Assembly (NCBI GenBank): GCA_002269645.1
Contig: NIVC01003706.1
Location: 1 to 47,045, forward strand
DNA length: 47,045 nucleotides
From: Macrostomum lignano
Taxonomy: Eukaryota
Direction: 5' to 3'
This document shows positions 30,389-42,884 of the stretch, one piece after another (positions within the stretch are counted from its first letter, which is position 1; each line of letters starts with the position of its first letter). The position numbers were made by a program, and so were the translations under genes. The notes beneath the pieces were generated by a model, which did no database searches, was not told the origin of the DNA, and worked only from the letters and a program-made list of their open reading frames with translations.

Positions 30389-31489
30389 TTACAACGTAGA
30401 AGGGCACTCGGCAAATTTGCGAGTAAGCTACTTTCAGTTCAGTAGTGAGTTAAAAAATAATCGCATTTTAAAAGTATTTTAGGACGAGACTCAACTACTG
30501 GTGGCCCTCTGACCATCAGCTGAACCCCTATCTGACCGCGTCTTTCCACACAAAATCTCTGCCCCATTTTTTATTGCCCTCCTCGATGTACATTCTCAGT
30601 AGCACTGGCTGTCTAAATGTACATCACGCTTTTTACGTCTACGAGTTCACCCCAATTGTCTCTATTTTCATAAAATTGCTTACGCATTCCTCCTCACTAC
30701 TGAGCTGAAAGTAGAAAAACTAACAAACAGTTTTGCATCAAACAAAAATGCTGCAGTGGCTAATCTACTCGTAATTCCCATAATTTGGTTTCGTACGGTT
30801 TATTTATTTCGGTTGCTGGATGTTTTCTAATTATGCTGCTAAATTAAATTACTTTAATATCGAATTAGTAAATAAAAATAAATTCTGCAATCCCAACAGA
30901 GAGTCCCCACTCATAGTTTGGAGTCGAAATGCTTTGTACTATTCTCTGGTCTATTTTATTTGGTGCTAGAACGATTCAATGCCACACAGTATTGCTATAT
31001 GCTGTAGCCACATCCGTTAGCTGATTCAATCTGCATATCGAAGCAAGCAAGCTTGTCTCAACTGTTAATATAAACAATTCTGCAGCCAATAATACATACG
31101 CATAATAAAATTGACACTATCTTATCGTGCGCATGTATTCTAACGTCTAAATTTTGATGAGAAAATTAAATGGACACACATGCTGATGTCTCTCTTTCGT
31201 GGCGCTATAATGGTTAATTATTATTATTTCTCAGTGTCGTTATTCAGAAAGTTTGATAAAAAATGAAATATTATAACTATAATTAGTAGCATATTGCTCA
31301 TTGAAATTCAACAACGCTCTGTCGGTGGTACACCAGCAGATCGACCAGGTCTCTGAGGGCAGTTTCAGTTGCAGATCTCGGAGAATGCTAAGAATTGTAT
31401 ACTGTGGTCATTGCTCAGCTGCTCGGAAAGATCACTGGATGAGAGGTGAGGATCATCAGAGATCATTTCATTCATCTTCAGGGTCAGTT

Positions 31490-31760
31490 CATTATTTTTT
31501 AGCCTCAATGGCCAGATGTGCAACCGACAGCTCAGCCGCAGCTATTGCGCGGCGCATCTGAAGGCTGCGTACGGCTGTTCAGTCTAAGGACTGGGGGGGG
31601 GGTCACCACACACACCCTCAATTACCCTAGCTACTCGTAATTCTGGCTTGGTGAACTGAAGCAATGCAGAGTTAATGTCTTGCTCAAGAACACAAATTAT
31701 TACGCGTGGGTTGAGAATCGAACCCCCGACCTTTCAGTCTTGCGGCCGACCCTGTCAGAT
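31490..31760 (-). mobile_element. tRNA-derived CORE-like SINE, minus strand, internally deleted
   Basis: Reverse complement match to the 20029-20340 element (gcagctattgcgcggcgcatctgaaggctgcgtacggctgttcagt...gaactgaagcaatgcagagttaa). Confidence 0.8.
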
Positions 31761-32061
31761 ACTGTTTTGCAGACGAAAGTTAATATTCTGCAACAATAGT
31801 TCTAACACAGTAGCGCCGCAAGCTACAAAAATATTTCCAGAGTCCTTCTCGCTATTTGCTTTTTTTAACATGTTTTTTTAATTTTTCATATTTTTTTAAA
31901 TTTTTTAATTTTTTTTCACATTTTTACATAATTTGAATTACATTAAATTGATGCTTAAAGTGTATAACAGTGGAGTGGACAGGCGCACACATCGCGAAGT
32001 GGGTAAATCCCATAGATTTTTTATGTACGAACCTAAAAAACAAAAAAAACTAGCGAAGTTA

Positions 32062-34408
32062 GGGTCTGTATAAAAGCTGGCACGGGTGTTGGTATTTCGC
32101 GGCCCGGCCCGGCCCGGGCGGCCCCTATTTAGCCTATGTAAATCTATTTTAGTAAATAAGTAAAACAAAAAATACTGACCACTGGCATCAATGTAGTTAA
32201 ACAAAATTTCTATTAAACTATAATTAACTAACAACTTGATGTTTTTTAAACACAATTTATGCCGTTTTTTCACAAATTAATGCAGTAGCTGTTAAAAAAG
32301 TTATTCATAAAACTTTAGCTTTATTGATATCTAAAAGATTCAATATTCAACTCATGAGCCACTAAATTTTATTCTAGGTACACGTATTATTATGCATGCC
32401 GCTAATGATTGCACGTTTGCATGTATATGAACGAAAATTAAAGTGTATAAATCTGTGATTTTTATATATACTATACTAAATAAATCTTAATTTTACTTAA
32501 TACGGTGATTTAATTTCATCTGAAGTCATTCGATCATTTACTAAATATTTGGAAGCTACATTCGTTCGTGGTTCGTTCAAGTAAAAACCAAGGATAATAT
32601 AAAAATAACTAAACTGAAAGTCAAGGATACAAATTTCGTGGACATAAAATAGCTGCCTTGTTCAGGATTTGACTGAAAAATGTACACTCCCACAATCATG
32701 TTTTTATTCGCATATATCAGCCTTGGTATTCTTTGTAGTATCCTTCTTGAAGTATTGATTTGGCAGCCATATAGCTCGTACTTAATAACTGAAAATTTAA
32801 TGTGAAAACTCACACAATATTTGAACGAAAGCACTACGAAACTTACATGAAATAATTAAATTTGGTGACATAAACAATAATTGCAACCGTGAAAAAGAGG
32901 TATATAATTTAAAAAAAGAAATCATAAGTTCCAAAATATAAAACCAAAAATACACTTAAAATGAGTAAGAAGCAACATTAACTGCTAAATTGTTATGTTG
33001 TCAAAGTCCGAGAAGAAGCGATCTAGATGCTGAAATACACATTGATTTTTTATTTTGAGACAATACAAAAATATGTAAACAATAACCATGCAAACTCTTT
33101 CCAATGAAAAATGCAATAAAGGATCAAGGAATAAAACTAAAAAGGACAAGAATAGATTTTGTTAATAGTAAAAATTATTATTAAAAAGATAGTATTTTCT
33201 CATTACAAATTCACAAAAAGAAGCTGGGTAGTTGCATTTCCATGCTGCTTTTATACTTACTGAATTACAAGGAACTGGCAAGTATAGCATGAGACTGCCT
33301 GCAACCAAAACCAGGTGCGTGTACATCCAGATGTTGTCGCCAGAAGGTCGCTTAAGGAAACAGAGTCGCAGTGCCCTACAGTAGGTAACTTCGCATTGGC
33401 GTTTTGTTGCGACCTTGTAATTTTCGTTACGCCACAATTGTAATTTTTGTTAACTGTGGTTAAGTCACCATAGTAAAATTTCTATACATATTCTAAAAGG
33501 ATCGAAGTGATGTTACTCTGTATTTATATAGAATTACCTTTTCATGCAATACATGTATGTGTGGCGTGTTGAAAATTATCTAGAACAATTAATTGACTTT
33601 GAGACATCATTTACTGGCGTAATAAGTACATGTACATATTGCTTCGAATTGAAAAGATGGCCTAATAAAAATACAATTTGATATTGTGGCCGAGTTACAG
33701 CCTACAGTCATCCAGATGGGGGCTAAGACGGATATTCTCTGAGTTAATCAACAAATCAGGGCAGATGTAACCGTCTGAGCTCAACAGAATTAAATGTATT
33801 TATGACATGCAAAGCATATGAAAGAAATCAAAGCTGGATATATGCACTCAATGTGCCATAAAGCAGTATGTATGCATATATACAGTTAAAGATGTGTAGC
33901 ATTTTTAGTAATACTACTAGTAGTAAAAAAGGAAAGTGGTTCAAGTAATTCAAGACACGCACTGTTCAGCGATAAGAAAGAACTGTATATTTTGTTTACT
34001 GAAAAATTGTAACTCATTTTATGATTATACACAAGTTTAAATTTTGTGCCACATAGGAGCAAAATAAGGCAGAGTGCAAAAAACGAAGTTCATAGAGAGG
34101 CTCGGGAAAATGATAACGATAAAAATTTATTGTCATTTTATTAGCTTGTATAAAATGCATATTATAATGAAAACCAATGCAAAATGCCAGTGGAAATTTA
34201 AAAAATCGATGATTTAGAATTTTGCTTATTACGTTCTTGAAAAGTGCAATAAAATCTAAAATTTTAATAATAAATAAATAAATTTTTAGTTAAACTGACA
34301 CTGGACTTTTATTAAATATAAATATTGGAAAAATATTTGTTTAAGTACACTGCTGCCAGTGATGCCAGTATGTATGCCAGTGTCGGTTGCCAGCTTTTAT
34401 ACAGACCC
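32062..34408. mobile_element. 2347-bp AT-rich non-autonomous DNA transposon with perfect 21-bp TIR and 9-bp TSD (Mutator-like)
   Basis: Left GGGTCTGTATAAAAGCTGGCA (32062-32082), right TGCCAGCTTTTATACAGACCC (34388-34408), TSD GCGAAGTTA at 32053-32061 and 34409-34417. No transposase ORF seen. Confidence 0.85.
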
Positions 34409-35246
34409 GCGAAGTTAAGCAAAATAGAATTTTCCGGCCTGACTGCCCTTGATCATCACAACCAATTGCCACTGGTTCCTCTCCCAAGGGCGGCTGTGAA
34501 TGGTGCATGTATCACCCACTGATTCAGGCCATAACAGGATCTGTGGCCAGTTGACACTTGCATCCAGTTTATCGTGCCATTGAGCTGGAATACAGGCTTG
34601 CAGTCCAGTCGCTAGTTGGGCGGCGCCAACCCTTGGTCCGCGCCTTCCCGCTGTGTCCCCTCAGGAGCGGCCCTGCTGCTAAGTCAAGTAAGTCAAAGTC
34701 GGTCGCCAGAGGTTTCCTTTGCAGGGCAGCCGGGTTTACCTGACGTCTGCGTCTGCAAAACTTTCTTTAGCTAAAAATATGCCAGAAAAAAAGCATAAGA
34801 TAAAGAAATTGGATAGATGCTTGCATTGTCAAACCTAAAAATTGTATTGAAGTTACGAACTTAAGTAATAAATTCAGGATTAATATTTATCTAATTACTA
34901 ATTTACATACGAGTACATGCAATGCATCTAGCAGCCGTATAAAATTTTAGAATAAGATTGCTGTAGTTGACCAAAAAAGGAGGCTAAAAAAAGCTTTTAA
35001 TACTCGTACTTCATAATTCGTGGTTTGCATTTACGAGCGTAAAAGACACTCTAGCACTCTGCATAAACAAAATTATTGATAAAAAGGTCGGTACTGCTGC
35101 AACTCCAGGCAGCTTTCTATATCAACAAGAAGAGAAAGTTCGCAACCGAGCCAGCAGTTTTCACTCCAAAGCACAGCTGCTGCTGCTGCTGTTTCAGTTG
35201 CCAAAGGAAATCAAAAACTGAAAGCTGCTCTTCTTCATCAGCTGTC

Positions 35247-38200
35247 ATGGCGCAGCTCTTGGTGCTGAGTGCTCTGTGTGCAGCTCTTTGTGCTCTTGGA
35301 GGCGGTGAGTTGTCTGTCTACCCTCAATGTCAGATATATTGTAAGCCTTTATCTCTCACGTGAAAGCGCCTGCTCTCTTACAGCGGCGAGCTCCATCAAG
35401 TTCAACATCACGACAACAAACGTCGCGGCTTCCTGGCAGTCGTCGGAATTCGGCAACAGGTGCTTCAGAGACACGGCTGTTCTTGAGCAGTGGGATTACT
35501 TTCACACGACGGACACCCCAGACTCTCATGGATACCAGTGGCTGCTCATTAAGCTGTTCCGTGCAATCCGTGTGCAATCAGTCACTGTCTATGGCAGGGC
35601 AGCAGGTGAGTTGTCTTGTCCACTTCTGTCTCTTCCGCTTCACTTCTTTCTTACTTCTCTTCTCACTGCAGTGCCCAGCAGAGCACAGAACATCGAGATT
35701 CTGCTGAGTGACAGACTGCCATCGGGTCTGAATACGAGCAGCGATAGTTGCTATGGGACTCTGTCCGGTAGCTTGAGCTCGCTCACTCAGTGCGGAGTCA
35801 CCCAGAGTGAGCAGACTCAGACTCACAAGGTGGCCTGCAGCTACTCTGGCTGCCCGAATGTGGGTTCATATACTCTGTTGTTACTGAGTGCAAATAGGTG
35901 CAAATAGGTGCAAATAGGTGCAAATCGGTGCAAATAGGTGCAAATAGGTGCAAATAGGTGCAAATAGCTGCAAATAAGGTGCAAATTGGTGGCTAAAACT
36001 CACGAAATTTCAGCTGACTGAGTACATCTTGCTAAGGAAGAACGTTCGAAACGAGACTTATAAATACTTAAAGTATATTAACTTTCAAGCTCTGGAAGTC
36101 GAAGAAGGTACGACTTTAGTTAAATAAGCTCAATTATGTCTTCACGGGGCATTTTTGACTCTAAACAAACTTTCTCTCTTTCAGCATCTCAGAATGCGCA
36201 GATTTATAGGTGTGAAGTGTCTGGCGGACGCCTCAGTAACTGCAGACTCAATGCTTTGCAAACTTTGAAAAATGGCGACAGAGCTTGTATGAAAGTCTGC
36301 CCACCGTGTCAGCTTCCGACAACTGATGCAGCATCTTGTCACATTGCTGCTCCAAGTGGCAGAATCACACAGCTGAGAGTTGTGAGCTCACGGATGAATT
36401 TATTTCTTTTTAAATGATTTTCACAGACTATTCGACTAAATAATAGGAATAAGTGGAATGAGCAATTATGAATGGTAAAAAATCGTGTTTTTATACGATT
36501 TTAGCCAGTTCCTTAAATTTCTTTCACCATTTTCAGAATGGGCACCCAGACTTCTTTTTAATTGTAATTTTCATACCGACTGCGGAAAGTCAAGGAGGAA
36601 ACTTCACGTGCAACTTTAACTGCTCGAGCGATTTGCCTCAGTCAGCAACTGAACCAATCGGTTTCTTTGGTATGCAGTTTTTGTGTGTAATTTTTACCTC
36701 AGACAGGTGAATTCAAATTAAACTTATAGATTTGAAAAGCAACCTTGTACTATTCAAACTGTTTTAATCTAGGATATTGGTATTTTGCTAGCAGCCTAGC
36801 AGCAAGGACTACTCAAGTACATAAATATAGGACGCAACACTCGAAATCTACGGTAAATGTTTTGAAGGCAACTTTTCGCCGAAAAATATACAGAGATAGA
36901 AGGTTTTAATCTTATGAGAAAAACGTTTAAAATAATGACAAGACCAATTTAACATGCATAATAAATAAATGCGTTGTTAGAGCAGCATGTGAGACACAAA
37001 ATAGTGTGATTAGGACTTTTTTGACACTGCTAAGAGACCTAAATACTGTTTTAGTGTTGAAAATCGTGAAACTTCCTATCTCCGTAGTGTATTTTTCCGA
37101 TGAAACCTGCCTTTAAAACTATTTCTGAACAAAAAACTGCAGTACAAATTTTTTTTGTACTGCAGTACAAATGACACCCTAGCAGCAGGTGCAGTACAAA
37201 TGACAGCCTAGCAGCATGTGCAGTACAAATGACACCCTAGCAGCAGGTGCAGTACAAATGACACCCTAGCAGCAGGTGCAGTACAAATGACACCCTAGCA
37301 GCAGGTGCAGTACAAATGACACCCTAGCAGCAGGTGCAGTACAAATGACACCCTAGCAGCAGGTTCAGTGCCAATGGCTAAGCTAATTTTCTGTTGCAGA
37401 AGAGAAGCCCAGAAGTGTCAGCATTGAGCCCAGCAACAGGGTCCAGATTGGATCAAGGATATTTCTGGCTCCAGGCACGGAGTTTCACTTCAGCTTCATC
37501 ACAGAAGCTGCGTACCCAAGTCCCATCCATGCTTGCAGGCTGGTGAGAACTGCTGAGCAGGAAACTAAAGAAGATACTTCAGGTGTTCAACTGCATCCAT
37601 TCACAGAGGTGAGAAAATTCTGTGCAATCTTACTACTTTCATTTCCCATTCTGATATTCTCTCATCAAATGCTTTTTCAGAGATCTGTCACTGACGCATC
37701 AGCCAACAAAAGCCATGCAATTACCAAGATCTCAGAGTACAGACTCAGCATTAGCGCACACATGCAAGCAGCTGGGCAAAAGATACAGTGCGTATCGACT
37801 GTCGGTGAAAGCAGTGGAAAAGTGGGGAAATCAATTTCGCTGCCTGAGCTTGTAGGTAAGCAAACTATAGAAGGCGAACACTGGCAGGTGTGATACCTGG
37901 AATTTCTCACCTAATTCACCTGTCTAATTAGATGAGGATAAGTTGAATTGAAACGATAAAAATTACAGTACAAAGCAAGCCAGAGTTTCTGCTACCGCCA
38001 ATCACGGATTGGAAAGACGGCCACTCCGTCTCAGTTGCTGTCGACTCAACAACAGACAGCTCTGTTTCAACCAGCCACCGCTGCTTGCTGGAGACTCGAG
38101 ACGGCAACAGAAGTCTCAACCTTACTCAAGTGAGTCTCGCTTTGGTTTCGTGTCGTTGTGATGTCGGTTTCCAAAACTTAAGACTGTTGCATAAGATTGA

Positions 38201-41200
38201 GTGCAAACGTCAGATGAAATTCCTAAGTATGGATTCCTTTTCTTCCATACATGTCCATACACAGGACTTACTTATTCTAGCACGGTAGACTTCTCAAAAC
38301 GAAATTCCAGGGTAAAAATCAACTCAGCACATTCAAAATCAATGTTGATAGACACTGGGGAAACGCAGCCTCTCTGGTCTGTTTGGTAAATCAATCTGGG
38401 CTGATCCAGACATGGACTCGACATCGGCTACCGAAGGTGCTCTGTGAGTCTCTGATGCCATGACTTTCTTCACAAGCCCATTACTGCATTTGAAGATTAA
38501 ATCACGATTGCATTTTCGAATTCAGACAAGGCCGAAGGGCTGGCCATCCGTATTTCGTCTGGAGACCTGGTGACTGATGAAGAAGCCAGCTTCTCAGTGA
38601 CTGCATCTGACTCAGGATACCCAGCGGCTCTGCACCAGTGCAGAATCGAGAGCAAGAGCCTCGGAGAAGACAAGGTATGAGGCTGATGTTATTGCTCATT
38701 CAGAGTTCCCAACCAGCATTTCAATGCTACAATTTCGGCTGACCATTCCGCAGACTGCAGAGTCAGACGGCTCAAGTCACTGGAGATTCACGCCTCAGCG
38801 AGGGCACAACGGTGAACAAATCAGATGCGATGTGGTGCAGAAACTGAGTGGCTCTTTGATATTCAGTCAGACTGTAAACAACTCTAATCTGGAGGTTAAA
38901 TGTGAGGCTCATGCTTTATTATGCTGCATGCTGTCATCCCAATCGATGCAGTAGGGCTGCTTGCACTTCAGACAGGGCAATCGTCACGTGGCCCAGCAAA
39001 ATCGCTCCGAAAAAGGAAGGCGAGGCTCTGTCATTCGTTGTGCTCGCAGACGGCAACCCAGAGCCCAGCAGTCAGTGCTGGCTGCAGCTGGTATCTGGCG
39101 CACAGGTGAGTCTTTGATTTGGGATGATGCTGGTATCTGGCTCACAGGTGAGTCTTTGATTTGGGATGATGCTGGTATCTGGCTCACAGGTGAGTCTTTG
39201 ATTTGGGATGATGCTGGTTTCTGGCTCACAGGTGAGTCTTTGATTTGGGATGATGCTGGTATCTGGCGCACAGGTGAGTCTTTGATTTGGGATGATGCTG
39301 GTTTCTGGCTCACAGGTGAGTCTTTGATTTGGGATGATGCTGGTTTCTGGCTCACAGGTGAGTGTTTGATTCAGGATTGATGCAGGTTTCTGGCGCACAG
39401 GTGAGTCTTTGATTTGGGACTGATGCTGGTTTCTGGCTCACAGGTGAGTCTTTGATTTGGGATGATGCTGGTATCTGGCGCACAGGTGAGTCTTTGATTT
39501 GGGATGATGCTGCTTTCTGGCGCACAGGTGAGTCTTTGATTTGGGATGATGCTGGTTTCTGGCTCACAGGTGAGTCTTTGATTTGGGATGATGCTGGTTT
39601 CTGCCTCACAGGTGAGTCTTTGATTTGGGAGTGATGCTGGTTTCTGGCTCACAGGTGAGTCTTTGATTTGGGATGATGTTGCAGTCTCGGTGTTTCATAA
39701 TAATCGCTATTTTCGTTCCAGGTAGACCTGCATAAGCTGAAGCATTCCATGTTTGAGAGCACCTTCAACGTCACTGTTGATAGGTCAATGAACCGAGCCA
39801 ATTTGAGCTGTGTTTTGACTCAACCTGGACTTCCATCTTCAACAGAGCAGAGGTTCACCCAATTGATCACAGTTTTTTGTAAGTTTACAGTATCCATTTT
39901 CATAGGGTTCATAAAGAGGTATACAATTTGTAAATGCGTGCGTATTTTTTGAGCCAATGGAAACATTTCCTGTCGCTTCGGAGGCTCTGAGTTGAAGCAC
40001 TTCTTAAATCGAAGACTGAAAAATAATATCGACCCAATCATCCTACAGATCAGCCTCAGCCTCCACTCACCATCGACTTGGCTCAGACTGTCTACGAAGG
40101 CACCGACGTCACCTTCACGGTGCGGTCGGGCGCTGGAAACCCCAATGTCACCCACAGATGCCACGTGTACAACGGAGAAATTGTGAGCGCAATATTTGCT
40201 CATCCATTCAACTGACGTGCAGCTTTGATTTAGCATAGAGTTGATCATTTCAGGAAGTTCAAAACAGCATGAAAATCGAATCGGAGTACTTGACAATGGT
40301 GAACTATGCACCCAACAGTCATGACACATTTGTGAGCTGCACGGCCGAGCAGATGCACCGCTCTGATGTTGTGTTCACCAGCAGCATCAGAAGGAACATC
40401 ACCGTAAATTGTGAGAAGTCAAATGCCATTTTATTAGCATGCAGCCTGCCATTTACTTGAAAACCGGAGTATCCACTTTAACTTCAGACTTTGCGCGCAA
40501 CTCCATGGACATCAGTCCGACAGACGGAGTTCTTGCTGGAGATCGAGTCGAAGGGACACTCAGATCTCATGGTGGCCGGCCTGCCGTCACGCGTCCTGAG
40601 TGTTCGCTTGGAGGCTCTGAGCTGACTATGGAAAACGTATGCTTTTTCATCACCTGAGTGCTTTTGAATTGAATGTAAACCTTCTTCAGGCAACCTAAAT
40701 GATCAATTTGGGAATTTTCCTACAGTTAACAAGGCGTCCCACCGAAGTGAAGTTCACGTTCCGTGCATCGAAAGAGCACCACGGCAAGGTGCTCGCCTGC
40801 AAATTCGTACAGGATGAGCGACTGATTGAGTGGAGGAGAGACAAACTCAGCGTCTTCTGTAAGTACAGTTTGAGTTGTTTATTGGTGTGAAAGTATGGGG
40901 GTATCTTCTACATTGAAAAGTAACTCGTTAAGCCACACTGATGTAAATGTGCACTGCTTTTTCGCACCTGTAGACAAAGCGGATTTCGACTCTGAGGTAA
41001 GAATCATAAATAGAAAAGTCAGGTGGAACACGACAGTCCAGTTCAGCATCTCCTACTCTGATGTGGGAAACCCGTCCGCCAAGCACTTCTGCCGCATCGG
41101 CTCTCGGCCACTCACCGATGCTGAGGTGCGAAAATACTGACCAACATTTTTGTGCCCGCTTTATGTAAGTAACAAGGTAATTAGAGGTTGTAATGGAAAA

Positions 41201-42884
41201 CATCTGGTCAAAATACATTTCAGTCGGTTTCGGCATCACAAAGATTGTTGCGTTGGAAGTTCAAGGCTCAAGTCGGAGACAACGGTCAGAAGATCGTCTG
41301 CCAGGTGGTGCAAAATGATCGACATGGCGGCCTCGTCTTTAACCAAACAGTTGCCAGCCAGACTCTGGATGTGCTCTGTAAAGATTTTGTTTATCAGTTG
41401 TATTTATTGCTTCAATAGAGCTATTTATATTTATTCCAATATATTGAACCACTTTGACTGTCACAACATTGTTTTCTTAATCTCTATCTTTTCAGACCCA
41501 GTCAGCTACTCAGGATTTCTATCCCAGCCACCGTCGGTGACGGAGGGCGATCCCTTGGTTATTTCTTTCTTTTCAACAGGAGGAAACCCCGAGCCTCGTC
41601 ACCGATGCTGGTTGCAGACACCTGCAGGTCGGATGGACGCAGTCGCTCTAACAGAGGCGAGGACAGGTGTGGACCTCGTGACGAGCTTCAGTGTGACTTC
41701 CGTAAAGCAGATGAATGGAGGATCTGTGGTTTGCCGCGTCTCTCAGATGGGCCTCGAGGACCTGGACAAGGATTTCTCCCAGAACATTACTGTTTTCTGT
41801 GAGTTCTCTGTCGCGACTGCTCCAACTTTTATATCAATATAAAATCTAATAGAGGCTTGCAGTGCGTTCGTTTTTCCGTTTGCAGTCCGATCGGAGGTGG
41901 ATCTGACCGGCTCAAGGATTTCAGGATCCATTGTGCTCATCAGCATCAATGTGACGGACGGAAACCCGACACCGCTGGTGAACTGCTCGCTGCTCTCGAG
42001 CTCTGGAACTCGACATGTGGGTTCTCAGTGTGCACAGTTGCTCCGCTTCTATTTGCATTGAGTAGCTTTAATGCAGCCGAACCCGTCATTTTAGGAGGTG
42101 TCCAGGAATTACTCGACAATGCTGAAAGTCGGACTGCATGAGATAGAAGTCGATCTGCTTTCAAGAGACCAGCCTCAGTCAGCCAACGTCACGTGTTCTG
42201 TGAAGCAATACTATGCGGGTTTCAAAAGCAGCAGCCTTGTCTTCTTGGCACTCAAAGCTGACGAGAGTTTCCAAGCTAGCGACCAAGAAAGTGAGCAGTT
42301 CTGTTTAGTCCAGCTTAGCTGCATTAATAAACTATTGTCTTTTAAGTTAATCGTATTGTAATGTCTTATCATATTGCTACCATTGTATTATCGCTACAAA
42401 AACTGATCAATGCAGACCATGGGAGCCTCAGCTGGAATCAAATGTTCCAAATTCTCTGTCTGTGCGCAGTGGTTGGTGTCGCCATCGTTCTGTCCATCTC
42501 GCTGCCTGCCACAGTCTACGTCTGGAGGCGAACTGCATCGCCTCGGTTGGGAATTCAGCGGCAGCACGGAGCAGCCACAGACAGGAGACCAGCTGACGTA
42601 CCTCTGGTCCCTGTGACTGCTGCTGAGCGAGATCTCAATGTAATATTGCTTTTCAGAATTGCTTGCTCATTTTGCTGTTTAATCTGTGTGTGAGGCTGAC
42701 AATCTGTGGGACACTTCAGACCGTCTACTACTATGAGGAGAACCCGGCGCTTCCGGATCGGCCTCCAAGCGTTGAGGAGACGGACTCAAATGTAAGTCTA
42801 TTGTCTGCATCTTTGCCAGATGCTCTCAGTGCATGCTCAGTGCAGGATTCAGTTCCGCTCATTGCAGATGGTGCACTGTTCTGA
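35247..42884 (+). CDS. Lectin-Ig receptor gene 3 (about 1330 aa): signal peptide, 1 F-type-lectin-like domain, Cys-rich linker, 9 Ig-like domains, TM, Tyr-containing tail ending ...DGALF*
   Basis: 26 predicted exons in one frame: 35247-35304, 35384-35605, 35672-35859, 36014-36107, 36185-36381, 36537-36669, 37400-37608, 37681-37855, 37969-38129, 38311-38443, 38526-38674, 38754-38901, 38972-39105, 39722-39878, 40049-40182, 40254-40410, 40488-40636, 40726-40858, 40974-41125, 41224-41377, 41496-41798, 41886-42016, 42095-42290, 42416-42639, 42720-42791, 42846-42884. Lectin exon sizes 222/188 match gene 1. TM MFQILCLCAVVGVAIVLSISLPATVYVWRR. Confidence 0.85.
35888..35990. repeat. 10-bp tandem repeat (GGTGCAAATA) x about 10, in intron 3 of gene 3
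   Basis: Directly visible. Confidence 0.9.
36803..37130. mobile_element. Truncated copy of the CAAGGACTACTCAAGTA MITE family, in intron 6 of gene 3
   Basis: Left terminus present, and the interior matches 10190-10410. Right terminus absent. Confidence 0.75.
37161..37364. repeat. 29-bp tandem repeat (TGCAGTACAAATGACACCCTAGCAGCAGG) x 7
   Basis: Direct period count. It lies about 35 bp upstream of the acceptor at 37399. Confidence 0.9.
39087..39678 (+). repeat. 42-bp tandem repeat x about 14, each unit made of the last 19 nt of an exon plus its 5' splice site and the start of the intron
   Basis: Unit GCTGGTWTCTGGCKCACAG|GTGAGTCTTTGATTTGGGATGAT. The first copy is the true end of exon 38972-39105. 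Confidence 0.92.

Noticed and set aside
31972-34347. Tc1/mariner element with CAGTG...CACTG ends
   Set aside because: Only 5 bp match and there is no TA duplication. The 21-bp TIR with 9-bp TSD at 32062-34408 explains the region better.
38961-39652. ORFs encoding AGIWLTGESLIWDD / QKPASSQIKDSPVS / TSIIPNQRLTCEPE repeats
   Set aside because: Artefacts of the 42-bp array. The gene's own frame hits TGA in the first unit, and the array contains 1-nt indels.
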